This document shows, one piece after another, positions 9,589 through 17,967 of a stretch of 64,000 bases of DNA (its first letter is position 1; each line of letters opens with the position of its first letter). The stretch is from Myxococcota bacterium. GTDB taxonomy: Bacteria > Myxococcota_A > UBA796 > SXON01. The stretch covers positions 354,186 to 418,185 of the forward strand of contig JAZKFH010000019.1 in assembly GCA_040386535.1 (NCBI GenBank), in the 5' to 3' direction. The position numbers and the translations under genes are program-made. Under the pieces are notes generated by a model that worked only from the letters and a program-made list of their open reading frames with translations, searched no databases and was not told where the DNA came from.

Positions 9589-11073
9589 TTGACCCCATCG
9601 ACTCCGGCCACCCCCGAGATCTTCGGCAACTACCACCTCCTCGAGAAGATCGCGACCGGCGGCATGGCCGAGGTGTACCGGGCCCGCTCGCACGGCGCGA
9701 TGGGGTTCGAGAAGATCCTCGTCATCAAGCGCATCCTCGACACGCTGGCGAAGGACGAGGAGTTCAAGGAGCTCTTCAAGGTCGAAGCGCGCATCGCGGC
9801 CCTGCTCTCGCACGTGAACATCGTGCAGGTGTTCGAGCTCGGGCAGCAGGAAGAGAGCCTGTACATCGCGATGGAGTACGTGCACGGCATCGATCTCGCG
9901 CGCCTCGTGAGCCGGGCGCGCGCGGTGGGCGAGTTCCCCGTGTCGCTCGCGTTGTTCACCTGCGGCGAGGTGCTCAAGGCCCTGCAGTTCGCGCACCACT
10001 ACACCGATGGGGACGGGCGCCCGCTCCACATCGTGCACTGTGACATCTCGCCCCAGAACATCCTCATCAGCTTCTCGGGTGAGGTGAAGATCACCGACTT
10101 CGGCATCAGCCGCGCCGCCATTCAGAAGGGCAACCAGGACGTCATCCGCGGCAAGTACGCGTACATGAGCCCCGAGCAGGTCGAGGGCAAGGCGCTCGAC
10201 GGGCGGAGCGACCTGTTCTCCCTCGGCATCGTGCTCTACGAGCTGCTGACCGGGCGGCGCCTCTTCAAGTCGAAGAGCCGCGACGAGACGCTCGCGCGCG
10301 TCCGCCGGGCCGAGGTGCCGAGCCCCCGCGCCTATCGCCCCGAGATCAGCGAGGATCTCGAAGCCTTCCTGCTCCGCACCCTCTCCCGGCACCGCGAGGA
10401 CCGCTACGTCGACGCCGCCGAGATGATGGACGCGTTGTCCGCCCTCATCGTGCGGGAGGGCCACCGCGCCACCAACAACGACCTGTCGACCTACCTGCGG
10501 GAGGTCATCGAGGCCGCCAACGCGTCGGCGGAGCCCGCCGAGGCCGCCGCGCGCCCCCGCGCTGCCCGCACAGTGGCGCCCTCACCCGTCGTGGTGCTCG
10601 CGATGGAGGCCTCCCCGCCGCCGCGCAGCATCGCCACCCCGCGCGCGAGCCTGGCCGGGCTCTCCCAGGAGTGGGCTGGGATCATCAGCGAGGGTGGCGG
10701 CGAGATCTGGGAGCGGGGAGATGGCTCGCTCCTCATCTGTTGGACCGTCACCTCGGGGTTTCGTGACACGGTGAGCAAGGCCGTCCGGACGAGCATCGCC
10801 TTGCAGAAGGCCACGGCCGCCGCCGGCTATCGTCTGTCCGTGGGCGTCGCGCCGGGCGTCGCGCGGGTGCTGCCCGAGACCCGCCGCCCCGCCGAAGGTT
10901 GGGAGCTGGCCGGGCCGTTCTACCTCGCGCGCTGGATGATGAACCTCTCCGCGCACCGCGGCCGCGTGCTGCTCACCGAGGTCGGCGCGCGGCAGGTGGA
11001 GGAGGGGACCACGCTGTTGGGGCGGATCCCGATCCAGGGGAATAAATATATCAACCTGTACGAGGTCGGCTGA
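9589..11073 (+). CDS. Hanks-type Ser/Thr protein kinase with C-terminal degenerate class III nucleotide-cyclase-like domain
   Basis: GGMAEVY, VIK, HCDISPQN, DFG, GKYAYMSPEQ; C-terminus GGEIWERGDGSLLICW / AVRTSIALQ / LSVGVAPG / GRVLLTE; TTG start after GGAG. Confidence 0.88.
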   Translation: MTPSTPATPEIFGNYHLLEKIATGGMAEVYRARSHGAMGFEKILVIKRILDTLAKDEEFKELFKVEARIAALLSHVNIVQVFELGQQEESLYIAMEYVHGIDLARLVSRARAVGEFPVSLALFTCGEVLKALQFAHHYTDGDGRPLHIVHCDISPQNILISFSGEVKITDFGISRAAIQKGNQDVIRGKYAYMSPEQVEGKALDGRSDLFSLGIVLYELLTGRRLFKSKSRDETLARVRRAEVPSPRAYRPEISEDLEAFLLRTLSRHREDRYVDAAEMMDALSALIVREGHRATNNDLSTYLREVIEAANASAEPAEAAARPRAARTVAPSPVVVLAMEASPPPRSIATPRASLAGLSQEWAGIISEGGGEIWERGDGSLLICWTVTSGFRDTVSKAVRTSIALQKATAAAGYRLSVGVAPGVARVLPETRRPAEGWELAGPFYLARWMMNLSAHRGRVLLTEVGARQVEEGTTLLGRIPIQGNKYINLYEVG

Positions 11074-11088
11074 TCCCGTAGCTCCCTG

Positions 11089-12105
11089 TCACCCGACCGA
11101 GAGTGCGCCTTCCACCAGCTCTACACAGAGCCGATCCAGGCCCTCGCGGTCGGGCTCGCGGGGGAGGGGAGACTTGCCCGAGCGGTAGAGCCCCTCGAGC
11201 TCGGCCTCCACGCCGTCCGCCCAACTGATGAGGCGATCGTAGTCCCAGCCGCCGCCGCGGATCTCGAGGAGCTCGGCGGCATCGATGTCGCCGCGCCACA
11301 CGTGCACCTCGCCCGTGGTCAGGATCTCCCTTCCCATGCGCAACAGGCGCACGAGGTGGGCGCCGTGTTTGGTGTCGTACCCATGGCGCTCCTCCAGGGC
11401 CGCGCGCGCGGGGTTGCGCGTAGCCTTCCAATGTTGGTACTGCTCCCAGTGGGCGCGTGCCGAACGGTAGAACTTCTCGCGTTGGAGCAGCTCCAGAGCC
11501 CCCGTGGAGAGGCCCAGCTCCTCGGCGGTGAGGCCCCGCTCCATCAGGGTGTCGAGGGCGCCGAGCTGGTCGCGGGGGAGCACGCCGCCGCCCTCGGGGA
11601 GGCCGTGGGCCGTGCGCGTCGGCTCCTCCTTGGGCGGGTGGAGCAGCCACTCGCGGTGGGTGCGGATCCGCTTGAGTTGGGCGTGGGCGTATCCGGCGAA
11701 GGTGTACCGGCACTTCTGCGAGAGGAACGACGCCCGCGCGCCGCGGAGGCGCTCGCCGAGCGGGGTGGCGAGGCGCACTTCGGCGTCGCGGCAGAACAAC
11801 ACATCGAGGATGTTGGGGTTGGCCTCGGCGGCGAGGCCCATGAACTTGCGCAGCTCGTAGACGACGCCCTCGAGCTTCGACGTCGCGACGGCGGCGCGCT
11901 CCTCGTCGGAGAGGAGCGGCGCGAAGGCCGCGAGGTGCTCGGCCTTGTCGGCCTGCTCGAAGCGGTGCAGGAAGCCGTGCAGGTACCGCGCGGGCGGGAC
12001 GGCCACGCCCTTGACGTCGACATCGCTCGCGGCCGTGTGGATGCCATAGGCGCGGGAGCCGCCGGTGGTGAGGAGCAGGGTGTGGCGCGGCAGATCGAAG
12101 TTCAT
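11089..12105 (-). CDS. DNA polymerase beta superfamily nucleotidyltransferase (RlaP/PF10127-like)
   Basis: GGSRAYG...SDVDVKGV catalytic motif, NPNILDVLF, YDTKHGAHLVRLL, LLEIRGG. Confidence 0.85.
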   Translation of the reverse strand: MNFDLPRHTLLLTTGGSRAYGIHTAASDVDVKGVAVPPARYLHGFLHRFEQADKAEHLAAFAPLLSDEERAAVATSKLEGVVYELRKFMGLAAEANPNILDVLFCRDAEVRLATPLGERLRGARASFLSQKCRYTFAGYAHAQLKRIRTHREWLLHPPKEEPTRTAHGLPEGGGVLPRDQLGALDTLMERGLTAEELGLSTGALELLQREKFYRSARAHWEQYQHWKATRNPARAALEERHGYDTKHGAHLVRLLRMGREILTTGEVHVWRGDIDAAELLEIRGGGWDYDRLISWADGVEAELEGLYRSGKSPLPREPDREGLDRLCVELVEGALSVG

Positions 12106-12166
12106 GGGGACTCCCGGCGGGGGCACGTTAACGTCGGAAGCGAACCTCTCGAACGCCGGAGCCCTG

Positions 12167-12529
12167 ATGTCCATCCTGTTCCTCCTCCTCGCATGCACTG
12201 GCGGCACGGACAAGGACACCGCGCTTGAGGTGGCGTCGACCATCACGTTCCTCGACCCTATCGACGGGGACACCGTGCCCGTCGGCGACGTGGCGGTGTC
12301 CGTCATCGTGGAGGGCTTCGCGCTGGAGGCCCCCGCGAAGCACAACGAAGGCGAGCCCGAGGGCTACATCACCGTCACGGTCGACGGCGCGGAGGCCCTC
12401 ACCACCGCGGCGACCCAGTTCACGGTCACCCTCGCCGCGGCCGGCAGCCACACGATCGGCGCGGCGCTCACCTACGCGGACGGCGACGCGATCGGCGTCT
12501 CCGACGAGATCACCATCACCGCCGAGTAG
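12167..12529 (+). CDS. Small lipoprotein, single Ig-like beta-sandwich
   Basis: MSILFLLLAC; ITFLDPIDGDTV...GSHTIGAALTYADG; GGAG RBS. Confidence 0.72.
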   Translation: MSILFLLLACTGGTDKDTALEVASTITFLDPIDGDTVPVGDVAVSVIVEGFALEAPAKHNEGEPEGYITVTVDGAEALTTAATQFTVTLAAAGSHTIGAALTYADGDAIGVSDEITITAE

Positions 12530-13930
12530 TCAGGGCACGGGGACCACGTACGCCGCCCCGCCGATGGGGGCCGCGTCGCGGTTGTAGGGCGCGCCGATGA
12601 GCAGGCCCGGTGTGCCGGCGCCGTCGAGGTCCGCGAGGCCGACCAGGGCCGTGCCCGCGACATCGCCGGCGCCCTCGCCTGCCCAGAGCGCGTCCGCCTC
12701 GGCGAAGGTGTGTGTGCCGCCGCCGGGCGCGCGGAAGACGGCGACCAGGCCCGAGTCGATGGAGCTGGTGTCGACCCCGATGCCGTCGGCCGAGGGCGCG
12801 CCGATCGCCACGTTGTCGCCGTCCGCGCCCGGCACGAACGCGACGGCGTAGCCAGCCTGGTCGCCAGCCACCGCGCCGACGAAGCTCGTGGCGGATGCCA
12901 GCGCGCCTGCGCGCCAGAGGTACACACGCCCCGCCCCATCCGCGTCCGCCCCCACGAGCAGCTCGCCGTGCCCGTCCCCGTCGGTGTCCCCCCCGCACGC
13001 CACCGCGCCGCCCAGGTACGCGCCCGCGGTGGTCCCGAGCAGGAGCGTTCCAGCGTCCGTGAAGCCCCACGTCCCGTCCGCGATCGGCCCGGCGAACACC
13101 GCCACTGCGCCCGCGTTCTCGGCCCCACCGTCCCATCCCGGCGCGGCGATCACCACGTCTCCGATCCCGTCCCCATCGAGGTCGCCGGCGCGACACACCG
13201 CGTTCCCCACGCCGTCGCCGGTCACGTTCTCGGCATGTTTGGCCGGGCTCTCGGTGGGGGCGCCACTGCCCACGAACACGGCCAGCGTGGCATGAACCAA
13301 CGTCGCCGCGGGCAGCATCGGTGACACGAGAAAGACCGCGCCCTCGTCCCGCGCGCCGGCGTCGCTCTTGGGCGCGCCGAGGAGCACCTCTTCCACGCCG
13401 TCGCCGTCCTGGTCGCCCGCGAACGCGACGGCGGTGCCGAGCGCGTCGCCCGCAGAGAGGCCGACCCAGGACGTGTCGGTGTCGGCCACGGACGGTGTCC
13501 CGGCGGAGAGCGGCCCATCGAGGAGCCACACGGCCCCGGCGGAGTCACCGCCCCCGTCGAAGGCGGGCCCGCCCACGAGGAGCTCGTCGGCGCCGTCCCC
13601 GTCGAGGTCCACCCCCGACGCGATGGCGTAGCCCGCGAAGTCGTAGTCCTCAGCCTGCCCGAGGCACGTGGGCGCATCGCGCAGCTGGTGCTCACCGGCC
13701 GTCACCGGCCCCGGCCACACGCAGGTCACCCGCCCGCCGAGGCCCGCCACCACGAGATCCTCGGCCCCGTCCCCATCCAGGTCCCCGACGGTGACGGCGC
13801 TCCCCGCGAGGTCTCCGGCGTCACCCCGAATGGTCACGGTGGCGTCGGTGAGCACGGTGGGCGCTTGCTCGTCGGGGTCGGGCGTCGGGTCGGGGCCGGG
13901 GCAGGCGACCAGGAGCAGGAGGGCGATCAC
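12530..13930 (-). CDS. FG-GAP/integrin-alpha repeat lipoprotein (beta-propeller)
   Basis: MIALLLLVAC; repeated GDLDGDG..D/E.L..GAP....GAV motifs. Confidence 0.9.
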   Translation of the reverse strand: MIALLLLVACPGPDPTPDPDEQAPTVLTDATVTIRGDAGDLAGSAVTVGDLDGDGAEDLVVAGLGGRVTCVWPGPVTAGEHQLRDAPTCLGQAEDYDFAGYAIASGVDLDGDGADELLVGGPAFDGGGDSAGAVWLLDGPLSAGTPSVADTDTSWVGLSAGDALGTAVAFAGDQDGDGVEEVLLGAPKSDAGARDEGAVFLVSPMLPAATLVHATLAVFVGSGAPTESPAKHAENVTGDGVGNAVCRAGDLDGDGIGDVVIAAPGWDGGAENAGAVAVFAGPIADGTWGFTDAGTLLLGTTAGAYLGGAVACGGDTDGDGHGELLVGADADGAGRVYLWRAGALASATSFVGAVAGDQAGYAVAFVPGADGDNVAIGAPSADGIGVDTSSIDSGLVAVFRAPGGGTHTFAEADALWAGEGAGDVAGTALVGLADLDGAGTPGLLIGAPYNRDAAPIGGAAYVVPVP

Positions 13931-14592
13931 GGAGCGCCGAGGGCTTCGAGCATGGAGACCCAGCCATTGAAGCGCGGGCAGGCGGCGCGGAGCTTTGGGA
14001 GGCCGGTTGCTTCCATCACTGCGGGGCCATGGAGAACCTTTTGGTAGCCGGGGACGAACCGGATCAGGCGCTTGGAGGGCGCGGTTTCGTCGCCACAGTT
14101 GACGTCCTCGGGGGCCATGTCCCCGATGTCGGCGCGCAGTGCGTCCACGCCGTCATCGGGCTCGACGAGGGCGGCCAAGGAGTCGAGGTTGACGAGCACG
14201 AGCGCTTCCATCTCGTGACGTTGGATGTAGGGGATGAAACGACGGTCCTCCACTGCGGCAGCCATGGCGTGTTCGAGCGCCCCGACGCGGGCGACGGTGT
14301 TCGTCTGCTTCCGTGCTTCGCCCAAGCCAGGGAAGTTGCCGGGGAGACCGTAGAGGTCGAACAGGGTGGTGACCCTCACTCCTTCGCCGGGGTTCTCCCC
14401 GAGGAGGATGTCGAGGTGACGCTTCCATTTCAGCCAGTCCCCTCCGCCTTTCTGCCTTTTTCCGCCCGGCGCCTTGCTTGTCATGACGATGATGGGGACC
14501 GCCCACACGTGAACGTGCGCGAGGTGAGGCGCGAGAATCGTCTTTACGAATCCCTCCTCCGTCTGCCCTTCGACGAGGATGTGGAGCCGCAT
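13927..14592 (-). CDS. DUF4276 family protein (TOPRIM-like)
   Basis: MRLHILVEGQTEEGF, TTLFDLYG, PYIQRHEMEAL, PEDVN..TAPSKRL, CPRFNGW; TGATG coupling with the upstream ATPase. Confidence 0.85.
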   Translation of the reverse strand: MRLHILVEGQTEEGFVKTILAPHLAHVHVWAVPIIVMTSKAPGGKRQKGGGDWLKWKRHLDILLGENPGEGVRVTTLFDLYGLPGNFPGLGEARKQTNTVARVGALEHAMAAAVEDRRFIPYIQRHEMEALVLVNLDSLAALVEPDDGVDALRADIGDMAPEDVNCGDETAPSKRLIRFVPGYQKVLHGPAVMEATGLPKLRAACPRFNGWVSMLEALGAP

Positions 14593-15722
14593 CAGGGGCG
14601 GCCGCCCAGCACGTTCTTCTCGTAGAGCTCGCTCAGGGAGTAGTCTTCCAACCAACTCGCGAGCTTGTCCGAATCCAATCGGCGGAGCTGAGTCGCGCCG
14701 TCGATCCGCTCCGCTACAACAACTTCCTCGGGAGAGAAGTGGTCGAGGAGTGTCGGAGACTGGGTCGCGACAAGAACCTGACAGCGAGTGGAGACCGAAC
14801 GGATGAGGCCGACGAGGATGTTCAACGCGGCGGGGTGGAGGCCCAACTCTGGTTCGTCGATGCAGATGAAGGATGGGAGGGTAGGCTGCGTGAGCGCTGC
14901 GAAGAGCGCCATAGCCCGGAGGGTTCCGTCCGAGAGTTGGGAGACACCGAAACGGTTCCCGTATTCGTCGAGCCACTCTAGCCGGATGTATACCTTGTCC
15001 AACTTTCCGTGTGGATCATCGAAGCGAAACGTGGCGGGATCCACATTGACCGGAACCGGCTGGATGTCGCTGATGAAGGGGGCGACCCGTCGGAGAAGAC
15101 CCATGAAAAGGGCCCAGGAGGCCTGGTGGACGCGATCCGACGAGTGCTTCAACCAGAGGAGGTAGGCGGCAAGATTATCGCCGTCTGTCGCAAGTTCGCG
15201 ATGCCGCAGAGCGAACGCGTTGTCGCGCAGGGGCGAGTGGTCCGAGGTGTCGTGCACATGAAACACGCGGATGGCGTGCAGCGCGCTGACGACTTGCCGC
15301 TCGGGGATATCTACGTCCCCCGCGGTCATTACTAGTCGCGACTCAAAGGGGATGGTCCCGATCAGTCGCGCTCCGTCTGATGAGGGAGTGACCGATTCGT
15401 TCTCGAAGTACATTTGGTCCTCGGCCCGGCGCATGAGGACCGCGTCGTACCGAAGCTGACCGGCGGCTCGTTCCCACTCGAACCCGAGACGAATTTCCGT
15501 GGCTGTGCGCTTCCCCCGGTAGAGAAGGGCCGAGGCGCCACCAGCCGCAGCTACGGAGCTTTGGAGATGGAGGATGCCAAGTGTGCTCGCGAACTCCAGG
15601 AACCGCAGCAAGTTCGACTTCCCCGACCCATTCGCCCCAATCAGCACCGTCACCGGCCCAGGCTCGAACGTGACATCGCGGAGCGACCGGAAGCCCTCGA
15701 CGTGGACGCGCGTGATCTTCAT
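14592..15722 (-). CDS. ABC-type AAA ATPase (AAA_21/COG4637-like)
   Basis: MKITRVHVEGFRSL, Walker A GANGSGKS, LSDGT signature, Walker B IDEPELGLHP, ATQS, C-terminal LSELYEKNVLGGRP. Confidence 0.9.
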   Translation of the reverse strand: MKITRVHVEGFRSLRDVTFEPGPVTVLIGANGSGKSNLLRFLEFASTLGILHLQSSVAAAGGASALLYRGKRTATEIRLGFEWERAAGQLRYDAVLMRRAEDQMYFENESVTPSSDGARLIGTIPFESRLVMTAGDVDIPERQVVSALHAIRVFHVHDTSDHSPLRDNAFALRHRELATDGDNLAAYLLWLKHSSDRVHQASWALFMGLLRRVAPFISDIQPVPVNVDPATFRFDDPHGKLDKVYIRLEWLDEYGNRFGVSQLSDGTLRAMALFAALTQPTLPSFICIDEPELGLHPAALNILVGLIRSVSTRCQVLVATQSPTLLDHFSPEEVVVAERIDGATQLRRLDSDKLASWLEDYSLSELYEKNVLGGRP

Positions 15723-15800
15723 CTGCCCTCCTTCTACCCCGATGCGCTGCGTGCAGCCTTCTCCATCGACACCGCGTCGCCGCGCGGGTATCCAAGGACC

Positions 15801-16193
15801 GTGACCCTCCTCCTCCTCCTCGCCTGCACCGGCCCCACCCCCGACGACACCGCGGGTGACGTCGCCACGATCGCCATCCTCTCGCCGGTCGACGAGGCGA
15901 CGGTGTGCGGCACGCCGCTCCTCGTCACCACCGAGGTGAGCGGCATCACGCTGGTCGATCCGTTTCCGGACGACACGGATGTGCCCGAGCCCGGCACCGG
16001 CCACATCGATCTCGCGATGAACGGCCAGGAGGAGGACGACTGGATGTTCTCCGGCGAGCAGATCGTCGTGAGCGACATCGCGGACGGCTACTACCAGCTG
16101 AAGGTCGAGCTCTCGAGCGCGGACCACACGCCGATCGAGCCCTACGCGGGCGATCTCGTGTACATCACCGTGGCGGCCAGCGCCTGCGAGTAG
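15801..16193 (+). CDS. Small lipoprotein, Ig-like fold (DUF4399/DUF6130-like)
   Basis: MTLLLLLAC; IAILSPVDEATV, GHIDLAMNG, YQLKVELSSADHTP. Confidence 0.7.
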   Translation: MTLLLLLACTGPTPDDTAGDVATIAILSPVDEATVCGTPLLVTTEVSGITLVDPFPDDTDVPEPGTGHIDLAMNGQEEDDWMFSGEQIVVSDIADGYYQLKVELSSADHTPIEPYAGDLVYITVAASACE

Positions 16194-16202
16194 GCTGCCT
16201 CC

Positions 16203-16232
16203 GGGGCGTTGCGGGGGCGGAGCCCCTGCCCC
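16203..16232. repeat. REP-like GC hairpin between convergent genes (possible terminator)
   Basis: gcgggggc-gga-gcccctgc stem-loop flanked by ggggc/gcccc. Confidence 0.5.
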
Positions 16233-16251
16233 AAGCGGCTCCCGATCCGGA

Positions 16252-17187
16252 CTACCCGAGCGCCATCATCCGCTCGAGCGGCACCAGGGCGCGGAGCCGC
16301 AGGTCTTCGTCCATCTCGATGCGCGGCTGCAGATCGCGCAGGGCGAGGTACATTTTCTCGAGGGTGTTGAGCCGCATGAAGGGGCACTCGTTGCAGGCGC
16401 AATTCTCCTGCATGCCGGGGAGCGGGAGGAGCTCCTTGTACGGCGCCGCCTTCTTCATCTGGTGGAGGATGCCCGGCTCGGTCGCGACGATGAATGCGGG
16501 CGCGTCGGTCTTCTCGACGTAGGTGAGCAGCGCCGAGGTCGACCCGATGAAGTCGGCCTTGTCGAGGATGTTGGGCTCGCACTCGGGGTGCGCGACCACC
16601 TTGGCCTTGGGGTTGCGGACCATCAGCTCGATGAGCTTGCGCTCGTTGAACGTCTCGTGGACGATGCAGGTGCTCTGCCAGAGCGCCATCTGGCGGCCGG
16701 TGCGCTTCTGGAGCCAGGCGCCGAGGTTGCGGTCGGGCGCGAAGAGGATCTTCTCGTCGGGACCGAACGAGTTGATGACGCGCTCGGCGTTCGACGAGGT
16801 GCAGATGATGTCGCTCTCGGCTTTGACTGCCGCGGAGCAGTTGATGTAGGAGACGACCTTGTGGTCGGGCATCTTCTCCTTCATCCGGCGGAGCGCGGGG
16901 GCCGGACACCCGCTCGCCAGCGAACATCCCGCGTTCATGTCGGGGATGATCACGATGCGGTCGGGGTTGAGGATCTTGGCGGTCTCCGCCATGAAGTGCA
17001 CGCCGCAGAACAGGATCACGTCCGCGTCGGTCTTCTGGGCCGCCTTGGCGAGCTGCAGCGAGTCACCGATGACATCCGCGACATCCTGGATGTCGGGATC
17101 CTGGTAGTAGTGCGCCAGGATGATGGCGTTGCGCTCGCGGCGGAGGTCTTCGATGGCGCCGAGCAGATCGGTGGGGAGACGTTCCAT
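16252..17187 (-). CDS. nadA: Quinolinate synthase A
   Basis: ILAHYYQ, GDSLQL, FCGVHFMAE, AGCSLA, YINCSA, CIVH, AHPEC, CNECPFM. Confidence 0.97.
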   Translation of the reverse strand: MERLPTDLLGAIEDLRRERNAIILAHYYQDPDIQDVADVIGDSLQLAKAAQKTDADVILFCGVHFMAETAKILNPDRIVIIPDMNAGCSLASGCPAPALRRMKEKMPDHKVVSYINCSAAVKAESDIICTSSNAERVINSFGPDEKILFAPDRNLGAWLQKRTGRQMALWQSTCIVHETFNERKLIELMVRNPKAKVVAHPECEPNILDKADFIGSTSALLTYVEKTDAPAFIVATEPGILHQMKKAAPYKELLPLPGMQENCACNECPFMRLNTLEKMYLALRDLQPRIEMDEDLRLRALVPLERMMALG

Positions 17188-17241
17188 GGCTCCGCTTAAC
17201 CGACCCGGCTCACGCGCACGGAAACCCAGTGTGAGCCGGCG

Positions 17242-17967
17242 TCACGGCGGCGGCCGCACGTAGTCGAGCGTACCCGCGCCGTTGGCGATGTAGGTGTTCT
17301 CGACCGAAAGCAGGCCGCCGAGGCCGAATTGGAGATCCTTCGGATCGCCGAGCCAACGCGCCACGGAGACGAGGCCCGTCGGGTCGACCCGCCACAGCTC
17401 CTCCGGGGCGCCCTGGGCGAGGTAGACGCGCCCCTTGGCGTCGAGGGTGGCGGCGCGGGCGTCGACCAGATTGGCGGTCACGAGGGAGACGGTGCCGGAG
17501 GCGGAGACGTGGTGAAGCGCGGACTCGCTCACGACGAGGTAGCCGCCATCGGGGCCGAGCGCGACCGAGCGCGCCACGAGGCCGGGCGCGAACGGCTGGT
17601 CGCGGCGGGTGCCGGTGTCTGGATCGACCCGCGACAACCGGTCGGGGTAGAGCACGATGAGGGCGTCGTAGCCGCCGAGGATGTCGATGGCGCCGGGCAC
17701 GTCGAGCCCGCCCCCGGCCCAGGTCACCCGCCCGTCGCGGAGCACGTACGCGCGGCCGGGGTGCGTGGCCACCGCGATGGCGGGCGCCGCTTCGATGCGC
17801 TCGGTGCGCCCCTCGCCGTCGATCTCGTAGACGCCGGTGGAGGTGGCGACGAGGAGGCGCCCGTCGACGCTCGGGGAGAGCGAGCGCACATCTCCGAGGC
17901 CGGGGGCGAGCACGTAGGGCCCCTCGAGCACACGGTCCAGGCAGCCCAGGAGGGCGAGGACGATCAC
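17242..17967 (-). CDS. Lipoprotein, probable beta-propeller (NHL/SMP-30-like)
   Basis: MIVLALLGC; DGRLLVA, ALGPDGGYLVV, DAKGRVYLA repeats; GTGA overlap with the aminotransferase stop. Confidence 0.65.
   Translation of the reverse strand: MIVLALLGCLDRVLEGPYVLAPGLGDVRSLSPSVDGRLLVATSTGVYEIDGEGRTERIEAAPAIAVATHPGRAYVLRDGRVTWAGGGLDVPGAIDILGGYDALIVLYPDRLSRVDPDTGTRRDQPFAPGLVARSVALGPDGGYLVVSESALHHVSASGTVSLVTANLVDARAATLDAKGRVYLAQGAPEELWRVDPTGLVSVARWLGDPKDLQFGLGGLLSVENTYIANGAGTLDYVRPPP

Noticed and set aside
8752..10464. N-terminally extended ORF-track versions of mazG, fxsA, DUF4276, the ATPase, dusB, coaD, kinase-FGE and the 51238-54339 ORF as fusions
   Set aside because: The extensions overlap other genes and lack motifs; downstream starts match family N-termini
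13927..15800. Bounded mobile element around the ATPase/DUF4276 pair
   Set aside because: No transposase, integrase, terminal inverted repeat or target-site duplication found by eye
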